In this document: one piece after another, positions 26,550 to 40,614 of the stretch
How the letters are laid out: every line of letters begins with the position of its first letter
Position numbering within the stretch: position 1 is the stretch's first letter
From: the human T2T-CHM13v2.0 reference genome, Homo sapiens
NCBI RefSeq assembly: GCF_009914755.1
Contig: NC_060925.1
DNA length: 64,000 nucleotides
Direction: 5' to 3' (one strand)
Program-made: the position numbers and the translations under genes
Notes under the pieces: model-generated
What the model was told of the DNA's origin: nothing
What the model saw: only the letters and a program-made list of their open reading frames with translations
Databases searched by the model: none

Positions 26550-27492
26550 TTTTCTATTGTTTTTTAATTTTGATTTAATTTCTGGAATACATTGCAGAAC
26601 ATTCAGGTTTGTTACATAGGTATACATGTGCCATGGTGGTTTGCTGCACCTATCAACCTGTTATCTAGGTTTTAAGCCCCACATGCCTTAGGTATTTGTC
26701 CTAATGCTCTCTCTCCCCTTACCACCCAACCCCCAACAGGCCCTGGTGTGTGATGTTCCCCTCCCTGTGTCCGTGTGTTCTCATTGTTGAACTCCCACTT
26801 ATGAGTGAAAACATGTGGTGTTTGGTTTTTTGTTCCTGTGTTTGTTTGCTGAGAATGATGGCTTCCACCTTCATCCATGTCTCTGCAAAAGACATGAACT
26901 CATTCTTTTTTATGGCTGCATAGTATTCCATGGTGTATTTGTGTCACATTTTCTTTATCCAGTCTATCATTGATGGGCATTTGGGTTGGTTCCAAGCCTT
27001 TGCTATTGTGAACAGTGCTGCAATAAACATACGTGTGCATGTGTCTTTATAGCAGCATGATTTATAATCATTAATCATTTGGGTATATACCCAGTAATAG
27101 GATTGCTGGGTCAAATGATATTTCTGGTTCCAGATCCTTGAGGAATTGCCATACTGTCTTCCACAATGGTTGAACTAATTTACACTCCCACCAACAGTGT
27201 CAAAACGTTCCTATTTCTCCACAGCCTCGCCAACATCTGTTGCTTCCTGACTTTTTAACAATCGCCATTCTAACTGACATGAGGTGGTATCTCACTGTGG
27301 TTTTGATTTGTATTTCTCTAATGACCAGTGATGATGAGCATTTTTTCATATGTCTGTTGGCTGCATAAATGTCTTCTTTTGAGAAGTGTCTGTTCATATC
27401 CTTTGCCCACTTTTTGATGGGGTTGTTTGCTTTTTTCTTGTAAATTTGTTTAAGTTCCTTGTAGATTCTGAATAATAGACCTTTGTCAGATG
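26550..27492 (-). mobile_element. L1PA8-like 5'-truncated element (ORF2 C-terminus plus 3' UTR)
   Basis: ORF 27200-27499 encodes L1 ORF2p C-terminal '[20 protein letters not shown]...[11 protein letters not shown]'; TSD catacacccattttctt (26533) vs catgcactcattttctt (27493). Confidence 0.95.
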
Positions 27493-27589
27493 CATGCACT
27501 CATTTTCTTATTTCAACATTCACTTCCTATGTGCACACACACACTTTTGTGTATTTGTGTATTTATTATCTACCCCCTTGATCTGGAAA

Positions 27590-27785
27590 AGTGGTCAACA
27601 AACTATAGCACACTGGGGAAATTGCAGCAAGTCCTGTGAGCTAAGAATGGTCTTTGAATGTTTAAAAGATTGCAAGAAGTAGTGGAGAAGGAGAACAAGA
27701 AGGATGAAGGTGAAGGGAACAAGAAATGTGATGGAGATCACCCACAAAACCTAAAATATTTACCATCTGGCTCTTTGTAAAAGCT
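27590..27785. mobile_element. MER58-family DNA transposon fragment
   Basis: 'tgtgagctaagaatggt...cacaaaacctaaaatatttaccatctggctcttt'. Confidence 0.7.
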
Positions 27786-30700
27786 TATCTATACACATTT
27801 GTCTTGAAGTTCCTCAAAGACAGAACCATACCTGCTACTTAGGAAGACTTGCAAATCATTTATAAGAAGGAGCTCATTCAGTCCTTAAAGCAGTAAAGAA
27901 AATTTTATACCAAAAATAATACATACTAAACTTTCAGAAATTTATATTAGTTATATAAGTAAAATAAAATGAAAGATGCTGTAGCATTTCCAGGAAGAAG
28001 AATAATGCAAAGTCACTCAGATATAGAAAATATGGCACTTAGGAGAACATTTAGGAAGAAGTCCCAGCCATAATTTTTGACAATAAGAAATATATTTAGT
28101 AATTGGCATTCATTTTAATAAAATATTTATGTGGTTTTCTTTGTCTTTTGCTTTCACTTAAGTGAAACCCTCTCCTCAGTTAACCTAAAACTTCATTTGC
28201 CTATAGCAGGAGTAGGAGACAGCATTTTACAGTGAATCTAGAAAGAATGCAAATACAAAATTCAACTAACTTTTAGATTCTGAGAGTATGAATGAGATTT
28301 TGCAGAAAGATAATAGGCTTAAAAATAGAAATTTTGAGAGAAAAAGTATATGTTGATTTCATTTAAATATTGTTTAATACTATTTAAATGTTGTTTAAAC
28401 TATCCCAGGAAGAGCAGAGTTGAGGATTTCTTTGATAGGATAATTCCTTTCTTTCTCTTGGTGCCTAAGCCATTTAAACTTGCTGATCTTTAATAGATTT
28501 TAAAAATTACATTGAAATAAATAAATAAAAGAAAGATTTGTTCTTTCCAGACTAAGGGATTGACTGGCAAGTCAGGGAAACAAAAGGAGGAAAAGAGAGA
28601 GTAGGGGGAGGTTTAAGGATGTTTTCCCTGGCCTCTGGGCTCATAGGTGCATGACATGAGGGAGAGGGCCATCATAGTCTAGACAGATATGTTGGAGCCC
28701 AAGTATATGTGAGTTTGTAACATGTATCCCCAGGCATAGTAAGACCTTATTTAAAACCATTAGGCAGAGACCTAGATGTTCACATATGTTTAAAAGCCGT
28801 GGGATAATGGTGTATCACAAGTAGATATAGCTAAATATATGATTTTATAGCAGCTTCCTGGATCCCCATGGCCTGAATGTGTATAAAAGAGAGGAAGATA
28901 ATCGCTGGTGACTGGCTAGAGGCATGGAAGTGCAAGGAACACAGGGAGGCCTTTGGATTAGCACAAATAGACTTGCAGAGGTTGGAACTTGGATATATAC
29001 AGCAAAAGTCTGTGGTTCTGGACTCTGAAATGGCACCTACATATAATCCCACACAAGGCAGGCATGACAAGTCTTACAGGTCAAGAATTAGACAAATTTA
29101 GCAACCAAGAGCAAAGATCAGTGAAGCTCCTTTGGACACCAGTGGATACCATTTCCCCTATACATCACTTTTCCCTATTAAAAGCAGAGGAAAGAGGTAA
29201 TTTAAAAAAAACAAAAACTGAGCTCCTATATCCCAATAAATGGGAAGTTTTAAGGAAATACTATTTATGATAAAACAAAATCATATCAAAACAAAGAAAA
29301 CCCAGCAAAAATGAATGTAACAGTATGGTATAATAAAGGAAACATGGATTTGGGGGTTCATTCAGCTACTTAGTTTGTTGTTGTTGTTTTTAACATTGGC
29401 TCTAACCCTTATTTATATAACTAGGCAAAGTAATGATCTTTAATTCTGACTTGTCTCTATTTCTTCTATTGAAATAATAGCATTTACTTTACAGTGTTTT
29501 TTTTTTTGTTTTGTTTTTTGTTTTTTTTGAGACGGTTAAATGTCTTCTCTTCCCAGAAATTTCTCAGAACCTAATGGTTTCTCAGTATTTGTTATGCTTA
29601 CCCAGCACAACACCGTGGAAATTGTAAAAGAACACTGTAGGAAGTCACTTATTAGTGCCAATCATTTGCAGACAAAGGAAATCTCTCCCGTGTTCCTCAT
29701 ATCTATCTCCAGTGGTAAAATCACATAATTGTTAGAGAAATACAAATAAAATTATTCCATACACCAAAAAAATTTTAAATTAATTTACTAAAATTACCCT
29801 AAAGAGAGAAAATATTCACCATAATTCTATAGTTCAGGGAAAAAGCACTCCTAATGTTAGATATTTTATATATACTTTTAGAGAGATACATTCTAGTGTA
29901 AGGTGCTTTTACTGTATATATATGTTTTAATTTTCTTGAATAAATATTTAGAAGGTTCATAAATGACGTAGATACTTATCATTATGAGAAACTGACAGGT
30001 TGGTTTTCAGATGAGTTGTTTCATTTGCAGACCCACCAGTGATGTGTGAAAATTTCGGTTGCATAAATTAACTCATTTAATCCTCCTTCAAATACTTTGA
30101 GGTCAGTATTATCATCATATTCATTGACAATGACCAAGTCAGGCTTTGAATTCATCCCGTTTGGCCTTCCAAATGGGATTCTTACCGCTATATCATCCCA
30201 GTAAGCTCATTTTTAATTCCACTCATCTGGTTGAAAGGTAGAAATTAAATATGGTTGAGAATTTAATCTCTTAGCTATCATGTGGAGCAGTCTGTTTCCT
30301 TCTGTCAGCATTTGCTCATGCACATCATCCACTCCTCTTCTACCCTGATTTCTGCTTAAACATCTGTTGGTTTGTGTTCCTCATTCTACTCATTCTAGGA
30401 CAGACTGTCCAATTTCCTGGTCAAGCCAGGCCCCCCTGCTATTTTGCTTTGGACACTGCTCTGTAAGTCTCAGCCTCTGAGGGGATTCATGTAGTCTCTT
30501 CACTTGAATGAGGAAAAAAAAAATCTTTCCTTCCCATTTTCCCACCTTTCAAGAATTAGGCCACAAAGTTTGTGGTCCCCTGTTTTCAAATTCCTGGATG
30601 TCTTAGTAAAACAACTTCTTAAAGTGTTCACTTATTTGCTCTCCAGGCTTGTAGTACATGCCCCTGGATACATGAAGGAGATGAAAGAGGCTAAAGAATG

Positions 30701-32239
30701 ATTTCAGCAGCACAAACTCTGACCTCCAGCAATCCTAGTGCATGGAACTTTTCTTCCATTTCGCTGAGTCAAATCAGGACATCCTGTCAGCTGCTCTCCC
30801 TTCTGTAAATATATTCAGAAATGCCCAAATTGGAGTCTGTTATGCTAAAGGGAAACTCAAACAAGTCATAATCTCAATATTTTACAAGTCAAAATAAGTA
30901 TTTGATAATTGTGCAGACTTAAGAAATATGTTCAAATCATTTGCTTGAAATTTTCAGCTTTCCAGTTGTCTTAGCATTAAAGCCTTGCTGACATGGTGTA
31001 GAATGTCCAAGGGTTAATATTGTGGTTCAGATGCTCATTCTGGAAATAGAATATTACTATCAATATGACAGTTCTGCCTCTCAAGGGACAGGATATCACA
31101 TCAGTTATAATATGTAGCTCTTTTTCAGTCACTGATCACTGGACTGAGACACTTTTAAGGCTGTCAACAGCAGCAATCTTAATCATTTACAGAAATAAAA
31201 TAATACGTGTTCCTAAAAGGTAAAATACGTCATCAAGGTTCTTGATTACATTGAAAATAAGACTTTGAAGTGATTGATTTGAAGTTATTAATTAACACAA
31301 CATAATGTGTTTACTCAAAGTCCTAAAAACCTAAAGGTATACATGAAGAAGGAAGAGTAGCACTTACATGCACCCAGCCTTGTTCCAAGCACCTTACATT
31401 TAGAAGCTTAATTAATTTCAGAAGCTTAATTAATAATGAGAACTCTATGAGACTCATTATTGTTTCTTTTTCACTTTTAAATGAAAAAATAAGAGACATA
31501 AAGAATCTCACCTGTGATCATACAGCCTTCAATACACAGTCTTTGCCCCCAGTGTAAAAATGACTAAGGTCTAATTCCATAGGTGTCTTTTCATTCTTGG
31601 AAATTTTAATGACACTAGATTTTCTGGGAAAATAATCACTAATTTTGACAGTATGGGTAATCACACTTTTGATTCCTTTCCCATAAACTATTAAGGAAAT
31701 ATGGACTTGATTATATACAGGTGCATTTGTCATTCGTGTGTGTTTTTTTCACAGAATGGAGTAGCAGGTTATTTTTTTGGGCTAACCTCCTTAACTAATT
31801 ATGGTTTAACTTTATCCCAAGGAACAATTTCCAAAATTGAGAAACAATAAATAATAAATAATATGTTCATGCATATCCAGTCCTTCTGTGGCAGAAAGAC
31901 TAAGGAATTCTTACTCTTTCAGTATGGAAATTAGTACACTACATAACCACCTTTCCAGTTAATTGTGGCTCATAGGTGGTTGGTTGCTTGGAAAAGTTAG
32001 TGAATGTAGAGACCAATTAGAGAATTTTACTTTCGATTTACTCTGTGTCAGTCACTGTTCTAGTACTTTACATATAAGAAGTAGCCTTATCAGTTTCAGG
32101 CATTTGGTAGACCTGGGCATGAATCAGCATGTTTTTAAAGGAGGGTGATACATCTGCTAATTTAACAAGTGGACCAAGTGGAGGTTTACTAATGGATGGC
32201 AAATTGAATGAGGTCTAAGCATATTCTCTTTCCAACTGC

Positions 32240-32440
32240 CTAGCTTCAAGTTTTGTGTCTGGCATTTACTAGCTGTGTGACTTAGAAAAATTTAATCTTT
32301 CTTGGTCTCAGTTTTCCCATCTGTAAAGAGGTAATAATAATGCCTACCTAAGAAAGCTATTGGGAAGATCAAGTGAGATGGTGTATGTTGAAAGTCCTTT
32401 GTGTCATATCTGGACTATGCAAAGTTCTCAGTAATGGTTA
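32240..32440 (+). mobile_element. MIR SINE
   Basis: Core 'tttactagctgtgtgactt...tctcagttttcccatctgtaaa'. Confidence 0.8.
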
Positions 32441-33850
32441 ACTTGTGTTACTTCTTCAAGAATGGAGCTTTATCTATTGTATAATCTGCACTCTTTATCT
32501 AACCTATTTCAAGAACAATGAATTATAGAAAAATTGGACAGATCATGAGTTTCAATCTAGAGTCTACCAATAACTGTATTTCTGACCTTCAGTGTCACTT
32601 ATTCCTCAGGCTTTAATTTTAATCACTGGCAAAATGGAGTCAAACTACATGACTTTAGACACTTTTCCAGTACTAAAATTTTATGGTTTTTATTAAGTGC
32701 TAAAATCATCACACAGTTTAGTTACCCAAAATGTGGGACACTAAAAATCTCAAACATTATTCAAATAAAGCAGTGATTTTTTAAATAGAAAACAATTAGT
32801 TTAATCTTCTATGACTTCTAGTTATAGTTTTACTGAAGATAAGTAGATTTTGTTGTCATTTAAAAATAATTTTTAATGGGTTTAATTATATAAGAAATTG
32901 TGACTTGTTAAACAAAGGAGTGGGTGAATTTATTATATCAAATAATTAAAGGACAGATTCTGAGAAAAAATTGAAACCAGTATATCCTGATTTCATCCTC
33001 ATGTTACAAACAAAGAAGGATATACAGAATCAGTATTTGTTCTTGTCCCTAATATTCACAATTTCTTTATGACTCACTAAAGATATAGTAAAATACCATT
33101 CATGATGAATATGTAACCAGTGAATTTATAAACTTACATTCTTTCTTTTCTGATAAAAATTTCCAGTGGATTTCAAACTCTTAATATAATTGCTTTAGTT
33201 ACTTGTTGCTAAATCTAATTACATTTAATTAAATTAAAATTCTAATAAAGTTCTCCAATATCCACTATATAGAAAGATGAATATATTTATGAAATAAATA
33301 GAAATATAGTGTACCTTGAAATGAATAGTCAGAAAATACCAATATATTTGAATTTTTGAAGTAATATCAATACATGTTGCCTTATAAACTTCCTTAGAAT
33401 TAAACACTAAAATGAAATAGATTATTTCTAATCTCTTCATTATATCTGCTTTCAGAAATAAAGTGTGGGCTGAGTTGCCAACATTTACTTTTCAACAGTA
33501 GAGTGCTTTGGTAGGAATACTGACCATTGTAGTAAATTGACCTATATAGTGCATCACCTAGGTTATTGACCTTTTGTGAAGCATTGACTGAGTTCCTCAA
33601 CTCTTTAATACTCATTACAGAACAATCTTACCTAATATTTTCTTTTAAGACTAACATTTCCTATTATGAAAAGGCATGTTAGAGTACACTAAACAAGACT
33701 GAATATATTAAAATTCTATAATATGAATATAATTTTAATGGAACTTTATATGTTCGATGTTGACAAGAATTGGGGGGTGGGTGACTAGAAGGTATATTTC
33801 AAAGCATTAGACTTCCTAGTTATATTAGCAGAGTTATATATGTTTAAATC

Positions 33851-34054
33851 CAGGGGGTTATCACAGGCTATAGGCAAATTTCCTGTTTTTGTAAATAAAG
33901 TTTTATTAGAACAAGGCCATGCCCATTCTTCTGAGTTTTGTCAGTGGTTATGTTCTATAAAACAATAGAGTTGAGTAGTTGCAACAGATATATCATCTAC
34001 AAAGCCTAAAATGTTTACTATTGTGTCTTTTACAGAAAACATTTATTGACTTCT
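33851..34054. mobile_element. MER58A DNA transposon
   Basis: 'gtttttgtaaataaagttttattagaaca...gagttgagtagttgcaacaga...aagcctaaaatgtttacta'. Confidence 0.85.
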
Positions 34055-34711
34055 GCAAGGCATATCTAAATATGTGAAAATACAATCTTTAGATTTGTAC
34101 CACTAAATTAAGGCTGTGGAACCAAGCCTTAGAGATGATATAATTTATTAAGCTCTACTGAGCCATTTCAGAAATTATAAGAAAAGTAATTTTTTTTTAA
34201 CCATTGTCAACATAACATTCCATCAGTTCTTCAGAGGAAAAGACTCCTATAGAGTCAGTTTTGCTTTCTACTTACAGAATGCATCAGGATGGGTTACATC
34301 TTTGTCACATGTAAATAATTTCAATTCCTCAAGAAATTACATTCATTCTGCCTCACAGTTAACATCAAGGTTGAAAACGTAACTTTATTTTCTTTCTACC
34401 CATTAATCAAGGTTCAAACTGCTCCCATTTTCATACTAATGGAAAGCTGACTAAATAAGAAAGAAAATCATTCATTTCAATATATCAGTTAGCTAATAAA
34501 ATACTTTTCTAAATGGGTGTTTGCCTGGTAAAATATTGTAAAGATCTCATTTTATATTTTAATTCCTCCTGCATAAACCATTTCTAAAAGATGATTTTTA
34601 GTTACATAAAACCTTTTATGTTTTCTTTTAATTGATAAACATTTAATAATGATTATTCTTTATCAACATTCAGAAGAGACTATTGAGTGGTTTCACACCA
34701 GGCATACTTAT

Positions 34712-34752
34712 ACACACACACACACACATACACACACACACACACACACACA
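34712..34752. repeat. (CA)n microsatellite, one interruption
   Basis: Direct read. Confidence 0.97.
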
Positions 34753-37479
34753 TTCTTTGCATTCGATGGGCACCATATATAACAGTTTTATTAGGTAATT
34801 AAATCTTTATTTTGTAAGCCCTAAACTCAAAATAAGTAAAGTTTAAAAATAAATCATGTTGATTTAAATCACACTTGGAAATATTACTGGAAAGTCAATT
34901 AAAATAACTTGTATTTTCAGTATTTTAGTAGTGAATGTATATTTTTAATAACATAGTTTAAAGTTTTTCTTATATACTTCAGTGCCCCTACAAAATAAAA
35001 TTTTTGAAATAAATTACAGTTTTCTCTTTTTGCTGTATTATTAAATTCTAACATTAGTAATCATATTGTCTTGTAAGTTAGCCATATTTTGGGGACCTAT
35101 AAAAATGGCTGAGTGGCTGTAACAGAAATGGTTTCAAATTGCTGTACCTTTGCTATTCTTTTTGTCTGTTTATTCATTTCTTTTTCTTTGTTGGAAATTA
35201 TCAGTTTATTGCTACATGTGTTTGATTTTATACTAATTCTCTCTGCTACTTCTTTATAATTTGATAGCATACAAACATCTTAAGTACCTATGCATCTAAG
35301 AGATGGGGTAATCTCTGATGATTAAAAGAAAACAATCATTGTCACTGATCTCACAGAATACAATCTATTTTAGGTGAAGGATATATACAAAAACAATACA
35401 TTCCTATGAAAAATATTATTATATGTGTATAAAATACAGTGGAAAGAGATTCATTCTTTCTGAGCATATTAGAAACATTCATAAAAGAGGTAATACATAA
35501 TCATTAGAGTAAAAGGTGATGTATAAAATAAAGCTGTTGATTATAAAAAATACATCCTATGAGAGATGTTACCTGTACTCTTAAAATATAACAAGTACAA
35601 TTAGCTTTTCTTATTGAATCTTTTTGACTTTTCCCCAGAGACAAACCTTTGTTGTATGTCTAAATTAGAGATAAATGAAATATTATTACACATAAGTTAT
35701 GTGCTTGTTTAGTATCTGGGAATTATTTTATACTTTCATATATAATTATGAAGAGAAATGACTCTTGACTTTTGTTCATAAATATAAAGGAAATATACCT
35801 GTATTTACTTTATCTACCCACATTGAAAGCTTTTACCACCAGAAATCATTCTTCTTATTTTTTGTTATAAATATTGATTGCTTGACTCACAAATGGTATG
35901 AATAGAAAAGTGTATTCTACACTGTGACCTTATAATTCCATAAAGCAATGCCAAAGTTTTCAACAACTGTTTTGTAGAAATGTATGTGAGAATGTGTAAT
36001 GCATTTCATTTGGTGATTGACTGAAAAAAAGTACAATTGTTTATTTGAAATTTCATTTCAGTGACCATCAAAAAAAATTGTACCATGACTAAAGGTTTAG
36101 TTTGCTATAGTTCTTCAAGCCATTTTTATTTACATAAGCATCTTCAGTCCTGAAATGACTTTTGACATAGAACAGACTGGTGATTAGTATCCTGTTTTAA
36201 AGAAGAGGAAACAGAAGTTAAGAGAATTTAAATGATCAGCCTATTTTCACATAGTGCTGGTAAAAAGTGGATGGATCAGATAGATAAACATTTTTAATGG
36301 ATAAGCTTCAAAGGCAGCATGGTTGAATTTAATTTGATCTGTAAACTAATGCTAAGGCATTTTCTAATATGTGTTTATAAAAGCAAAATTGAGATTGAAA
36401 ACAAGGAAGCTTAAAAATGAACACCATGTAAAGTAATTCATTAAAAAATACATTTCTTTTTCTAATTTATCTAACAACTTCTCTCACTTGGGTTTATTTT
36501 AAAGGTATTTTGGCTTATATTCTCTTTGTCACATGTCTTTGTGTTAGAAACTATATAATATTGATAAAATCGGATTTATTACATAGATGAATATGCGCTT
36601 ATAAATCATTTTTCTTGAAAAATACACATCTATACATTTCTGCCTTGTGTAACTTGTGTTCAATAGCATTGAATTCTGTAGCTAATTCCAAAGTTATCAA
36701 ATTAGAAATAGAATAAAATGGAGAATAAAAAGTAAAGTTAAACTTAGTATGTTTTTAAATCACTTCAGTTTAATGTAATGATGTCATGTTTAAAGGTAAA
36801 AATCTATTATTAAATTTGTTAGTTAACATCTAGAATCCTCTTGATCATCTTACATATGATCACATAAAAACATTCTATATGAAGCCATTTAAAAAGTCAT
36901 TATTCTTACATTTCAAGATGTTACATTTTAAAATGTCTCAGCATATCTAGAAAGGCAGTATTATAGAAATCCTAATAAATAAATAAACTAGTTAAGAGAG
37001 GTAATAAATTTGACACAGATACAGCCAACTTTTTATTATCTTGGGGGAAGATAGAAAATGAAATCCATAGATAATCCTCAAATCTGATTTTTGCAGTTAT
37101 ATTCAATCTGCTCCCCTGCTGAAACCTGCAGCAGAGGTGATCATGCAGACACATTGGGTGAAGTTAGCAACCTTATCTCTCCTTTTCTCTAGACCAGGGT
37201 GAGGAAGAGGAAAAATGGGGGAGGGGTGGCAGTAAAGAAAAAGCAAGGAGAACAAGCTCTCTTCATCATTCACAAAGACATACTCAGACCTGCAACTCTG
37301 AATGGCTGCTCCTCATATTGCTGGACATATATAGGCAGTTCTAGCCAACAAGTTCACTCTGATACAAATTTAAAATGAGATTTTGGGATAGGCTCTGAAG
37401 TGTTGTCACAATATGTACTTGATTCTGTTTCACAGTTGAAAAAGCAGCCGAAGGTAATGGAACAAGTCAGATAGAATTC

Positions 37480-37680
37480 TATTAGCATTCCAGTTTGCCA
37501 TTTGCAGCTGTAACTTATGGACAAATACCTTAACTCTTGCAAACCTTAATTTCCTCAATACTTAAAATGAGTTTCTAAAACCTGTCTTTATAAGTTTGTT
37601 GTTTGGATTGGAGCCTACATAATTTTCCTAACATGGTGTCTTGGACATAGTAGGGGCCCAATAAAAGTATCAATTATTGG
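37480..37680 (+). mobile_element. MIR SINE
   Basis: 'gccatttgcagctgtaacttatggacaaataccttaactctt...ccttaatttcctc'. Confidence 0.65.
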
Positions 37681-38086
37681 AACAGTTAGTAAAGATGAAA
37701 TCAGTCTTCCTTTAACAATAATGGATTATTCGCTTAATTATAAAAGAGTGGAGAAAAATATTGCCCAGTTCTAAAATATATGTACCAGTGGCTTCTTTGC
37801 AAAAACCTATTAAAGGCATTTATTGTTTACTCCTTCTCAATGGAAATAATTTGAAATACATCTTTCTGCTTTAAAAGATATAGAATCTACAAACAAGTTT
37901 ATTGGATAGAAGGAAACTCAGGCTAAGATTATGTTCAAAGTGTAAGAAAATTTATATTTAGGTAAATGATGCTTGGACATAAACCCAGGTTCTGTGAAAG
38001 ACAGGGTAGTATCCTGAGCAAGCATGTCAATGCAGATAATTCAGATAATTCATGATTATTATGAGTTTACAGCTTGCAACTCACTC

Positions 38087-38146
38087 TTCTCTTATCGGTA
38101 AGTATAAGATACGGATTTCTCTTGTAGGTAAGTATAAGATATGGAT
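38087..38146. repeat. Imperfect 30-bp tandem duplication containing GGTAAGT
   Basis: ttctcttatcggtaagtataagatacggat / ttctcttgtaggtaagtataagatatggat. Confidence 0.92.
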
Positions 38147-39752
38147 GAATGATAAATGGCTGAGATGGTCTTCTGTTGGAGAAAACATATGAGGAAGTGA
38201 AATGAAGTAGAAAAAAAAAAGCAAAGAAGGTATCAGAGAGAAAGGAGGCAAATAAAAAGGAGGGAGTAAAAGAAGTAAAAGAGAAGGAGGAAGTCAACTG
38301 AGGAAGCAAGTGAGAATGTTGAGAAAGGTGATATGACTGACTCTTAAATATCTTAGGTTTTTGTTCCCTATACAAAATTAGGGTTTTTTTGCAGCATTAT
38401 TATAGTTTGTTTTTTCTTATACTAAAAGCCTGACTTTATAGGTCTTTCAAGCAAAATCAGATAAACAAACAAACAAACAAAACAAAACTATAAAGGAGTG
38501 GCTAATAATACTGATTTTAATAGACTACAGCCATTAGTATTAAAAAAAGATTAAACTTCTATTTTGTTCTATCAAAATTTTAGGAATGTTTCTTATAAAA
38601 TTTAAAATAAGTTTTAGTGCATTTAAAATAGGGAAGAGGAGAAGGTAGAGTATATGTTGGGGAAAAATTTTTATTTCTTAGTGATGTCTTGCTTTCAAAA
38701 TGCTACCAATACATATCAGTGGGACATGGAAGCCAAGTTTCCCCAAAAAGCATTCTGGTTACCTGATATGTGAGAGTAGAAAAGTATCCTTAAATCAGGG
38801 CCAGAGAACACATATAAATTGTAAGTTATAAGGTACTGGATACTTTGAGCACAAAATCAATCTTTTCAATAACTCCATTCCCAATAGGTCTGGCACTGTG
38901 CCTGACATTCCTGTTACGGAAATTCCTTTGAGTTACAACATGGCCTTCAGAAAAATCTTTGTTAAATCAAAGTATATGACTTGGGAGGTTTAACAACTCA
39001 GTGTCTTATCAGTTTGAATTAGATAATTAGCTGTCAAAAGGAGCCTCTAGAGAGAGAAACATAGGTTAAGTACATTTAACTGAGTGAAAGTACAAATGGG
39101 GATAGAAGGATTTTCACAGATCATAGCCCTGTTACCACCAGAAATAGGAGTGCGCAGAAAGCAGGGGCCTCAGAAGGACTTTGGATATCTACCGAAGAGA
39201 AATCTGCAGAAAAGATAGCAAAACGGGCCAAAGTCAGCATAGAGGAGAAAAAACAAACAAACAAAATACAAACCAACAAACAAAAAACAGCCTACTTTCT
39301 GATTCTGCCTAGACTGCCCCTAACCTAAATGAAATCTATTCATTTTTTACCCTTGTTTTAATGGTGAGATATGAAAAGCGGCATGCTGGAGAGAGAAATG
39401 AGTAGTCATATGTCAACAGCAACAATATAATTTCTGGAACAGCCTCCTGTGTAATTTCTAAAGATAATTAGATTGCAAATCCTCCTCAGGAAGAAGAACA
39501 AAAAGAGTACAGTTGAGTTTTCAGGTTTTTTGATAATTTTTTTCCCATATGTCCTTGCAAACTTAAAGAAAAAAGAATAGTTTATGTTACTTTCTAAAAA
39601 ACTATAATTCCAACTTGTAGATAAGTCTCTCTTCCTCTATTTATCTATACTTCCTATTTGTTACAGCTAAAAACCCTGGACATCATATATAAAACAACCA
39701 AAAAAGAACTCTGAGAGGTAGGGGGAAAAAGTCATATCAGCAAGGTAACTGA

Positions 39753-40362
39753 CATAATATTTTCAGCTATTTCCCTGTAGATATGTATTCCTTTTTTAAA
39801 GCTGTTTACTAATATAGAAAATACTTCAATACACACCTTTGTGTATGTGCATTATATGTCTCAGCATGCAAGGACTGCCATAACAAAATACCATAAACTG
39901 GGTTGCTTTTAAACAAAAGAAATGCATTTCTCACTGTTCTGGAGGTTGGGAGTCCCAGATGAAATGTCAGCAAGTTTGGTTTTGTCTGAGGCTTCTCTGC
40001 TTGGCTTGCAGATGGCTGTCTTCTTGTTATGTCTTTATATGGCCTTTTCTACACGTGGTCAAATCCCTAATGTCTCTTTTTATTTTTATAAGGGCCCAGT
40101 CGTATTGAATTAACATCCCACTCTTATGACTTTGTTTAACCTTAATTACCTCTTTAGAGGTGCTCTCTGCAAATATAGTCACATACTGGGAGCAGGGCCT
40201 GAGCATATGAATCTTGAGAGAATGCACTTCTGTCCCTAGCAATGGGCCTTTCTCAGTCATTGCTTTTAGCCCTGTGGAGTAGTTTCTTTGAAGTAACATT
40301 TCTGCTTCAAATATGATAAGTTATGTTGAACTGTAATAGGTAGATGCTGGTTTTCATAAAGG
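39753..40362 (+). repeat. Direct duplication copy A (paralogue of 42406-43007), includes an MLT1A LTR at ~39857-40241 (minus)
   Basis: Co-linear homology across the LTR and ~100-120 bp of flank on both sides. Confidence 0.92.
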
Positions 40363-40567
40363 AATGACATGGTGGCGAGTTCTCTTGGCTTCATTGTGGT
40401 TTCATATAGTACAGACCAGCTACTGCAGAAGCCAGACACCCAGAAATGTGAATACATGCTGACAAAAAGAAGACCCCCAAAACATCTGCTCTCTCTGGCC
40501 AAAAAGCAAGGAAAGAAAGAAAGTCACAAAACTTTTAGATAATAGCAATTCTACTCCAACCGAATCA

Positions 40568-40568
<1 letters not shown>

Positions 40569-40612
<44 letters not shown>
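40569..40612. repeat. (CA)22 microsatellite
   Basis: Direct read. Confidence 0.97.

Positions 40613-40614
<2 letters not shown>

Noticed and set aside
26672-27499. ORFs with 'MEYYAAIKKNEF' and '[15 protein letters not shown]'
   Set aside because: L1 ORF2p C-terminus and 3' UTR remnants
29495-29542. T-rich run followed by 'gagacgg', resembling an ultra-truncated Alu
   Set aside because: No TSD. The context fits a MIR ('...acagtg[T-run]gagacggttaaatg' vs MIR 'gggttgttgtgaggattaaatg') with an expanded T tract
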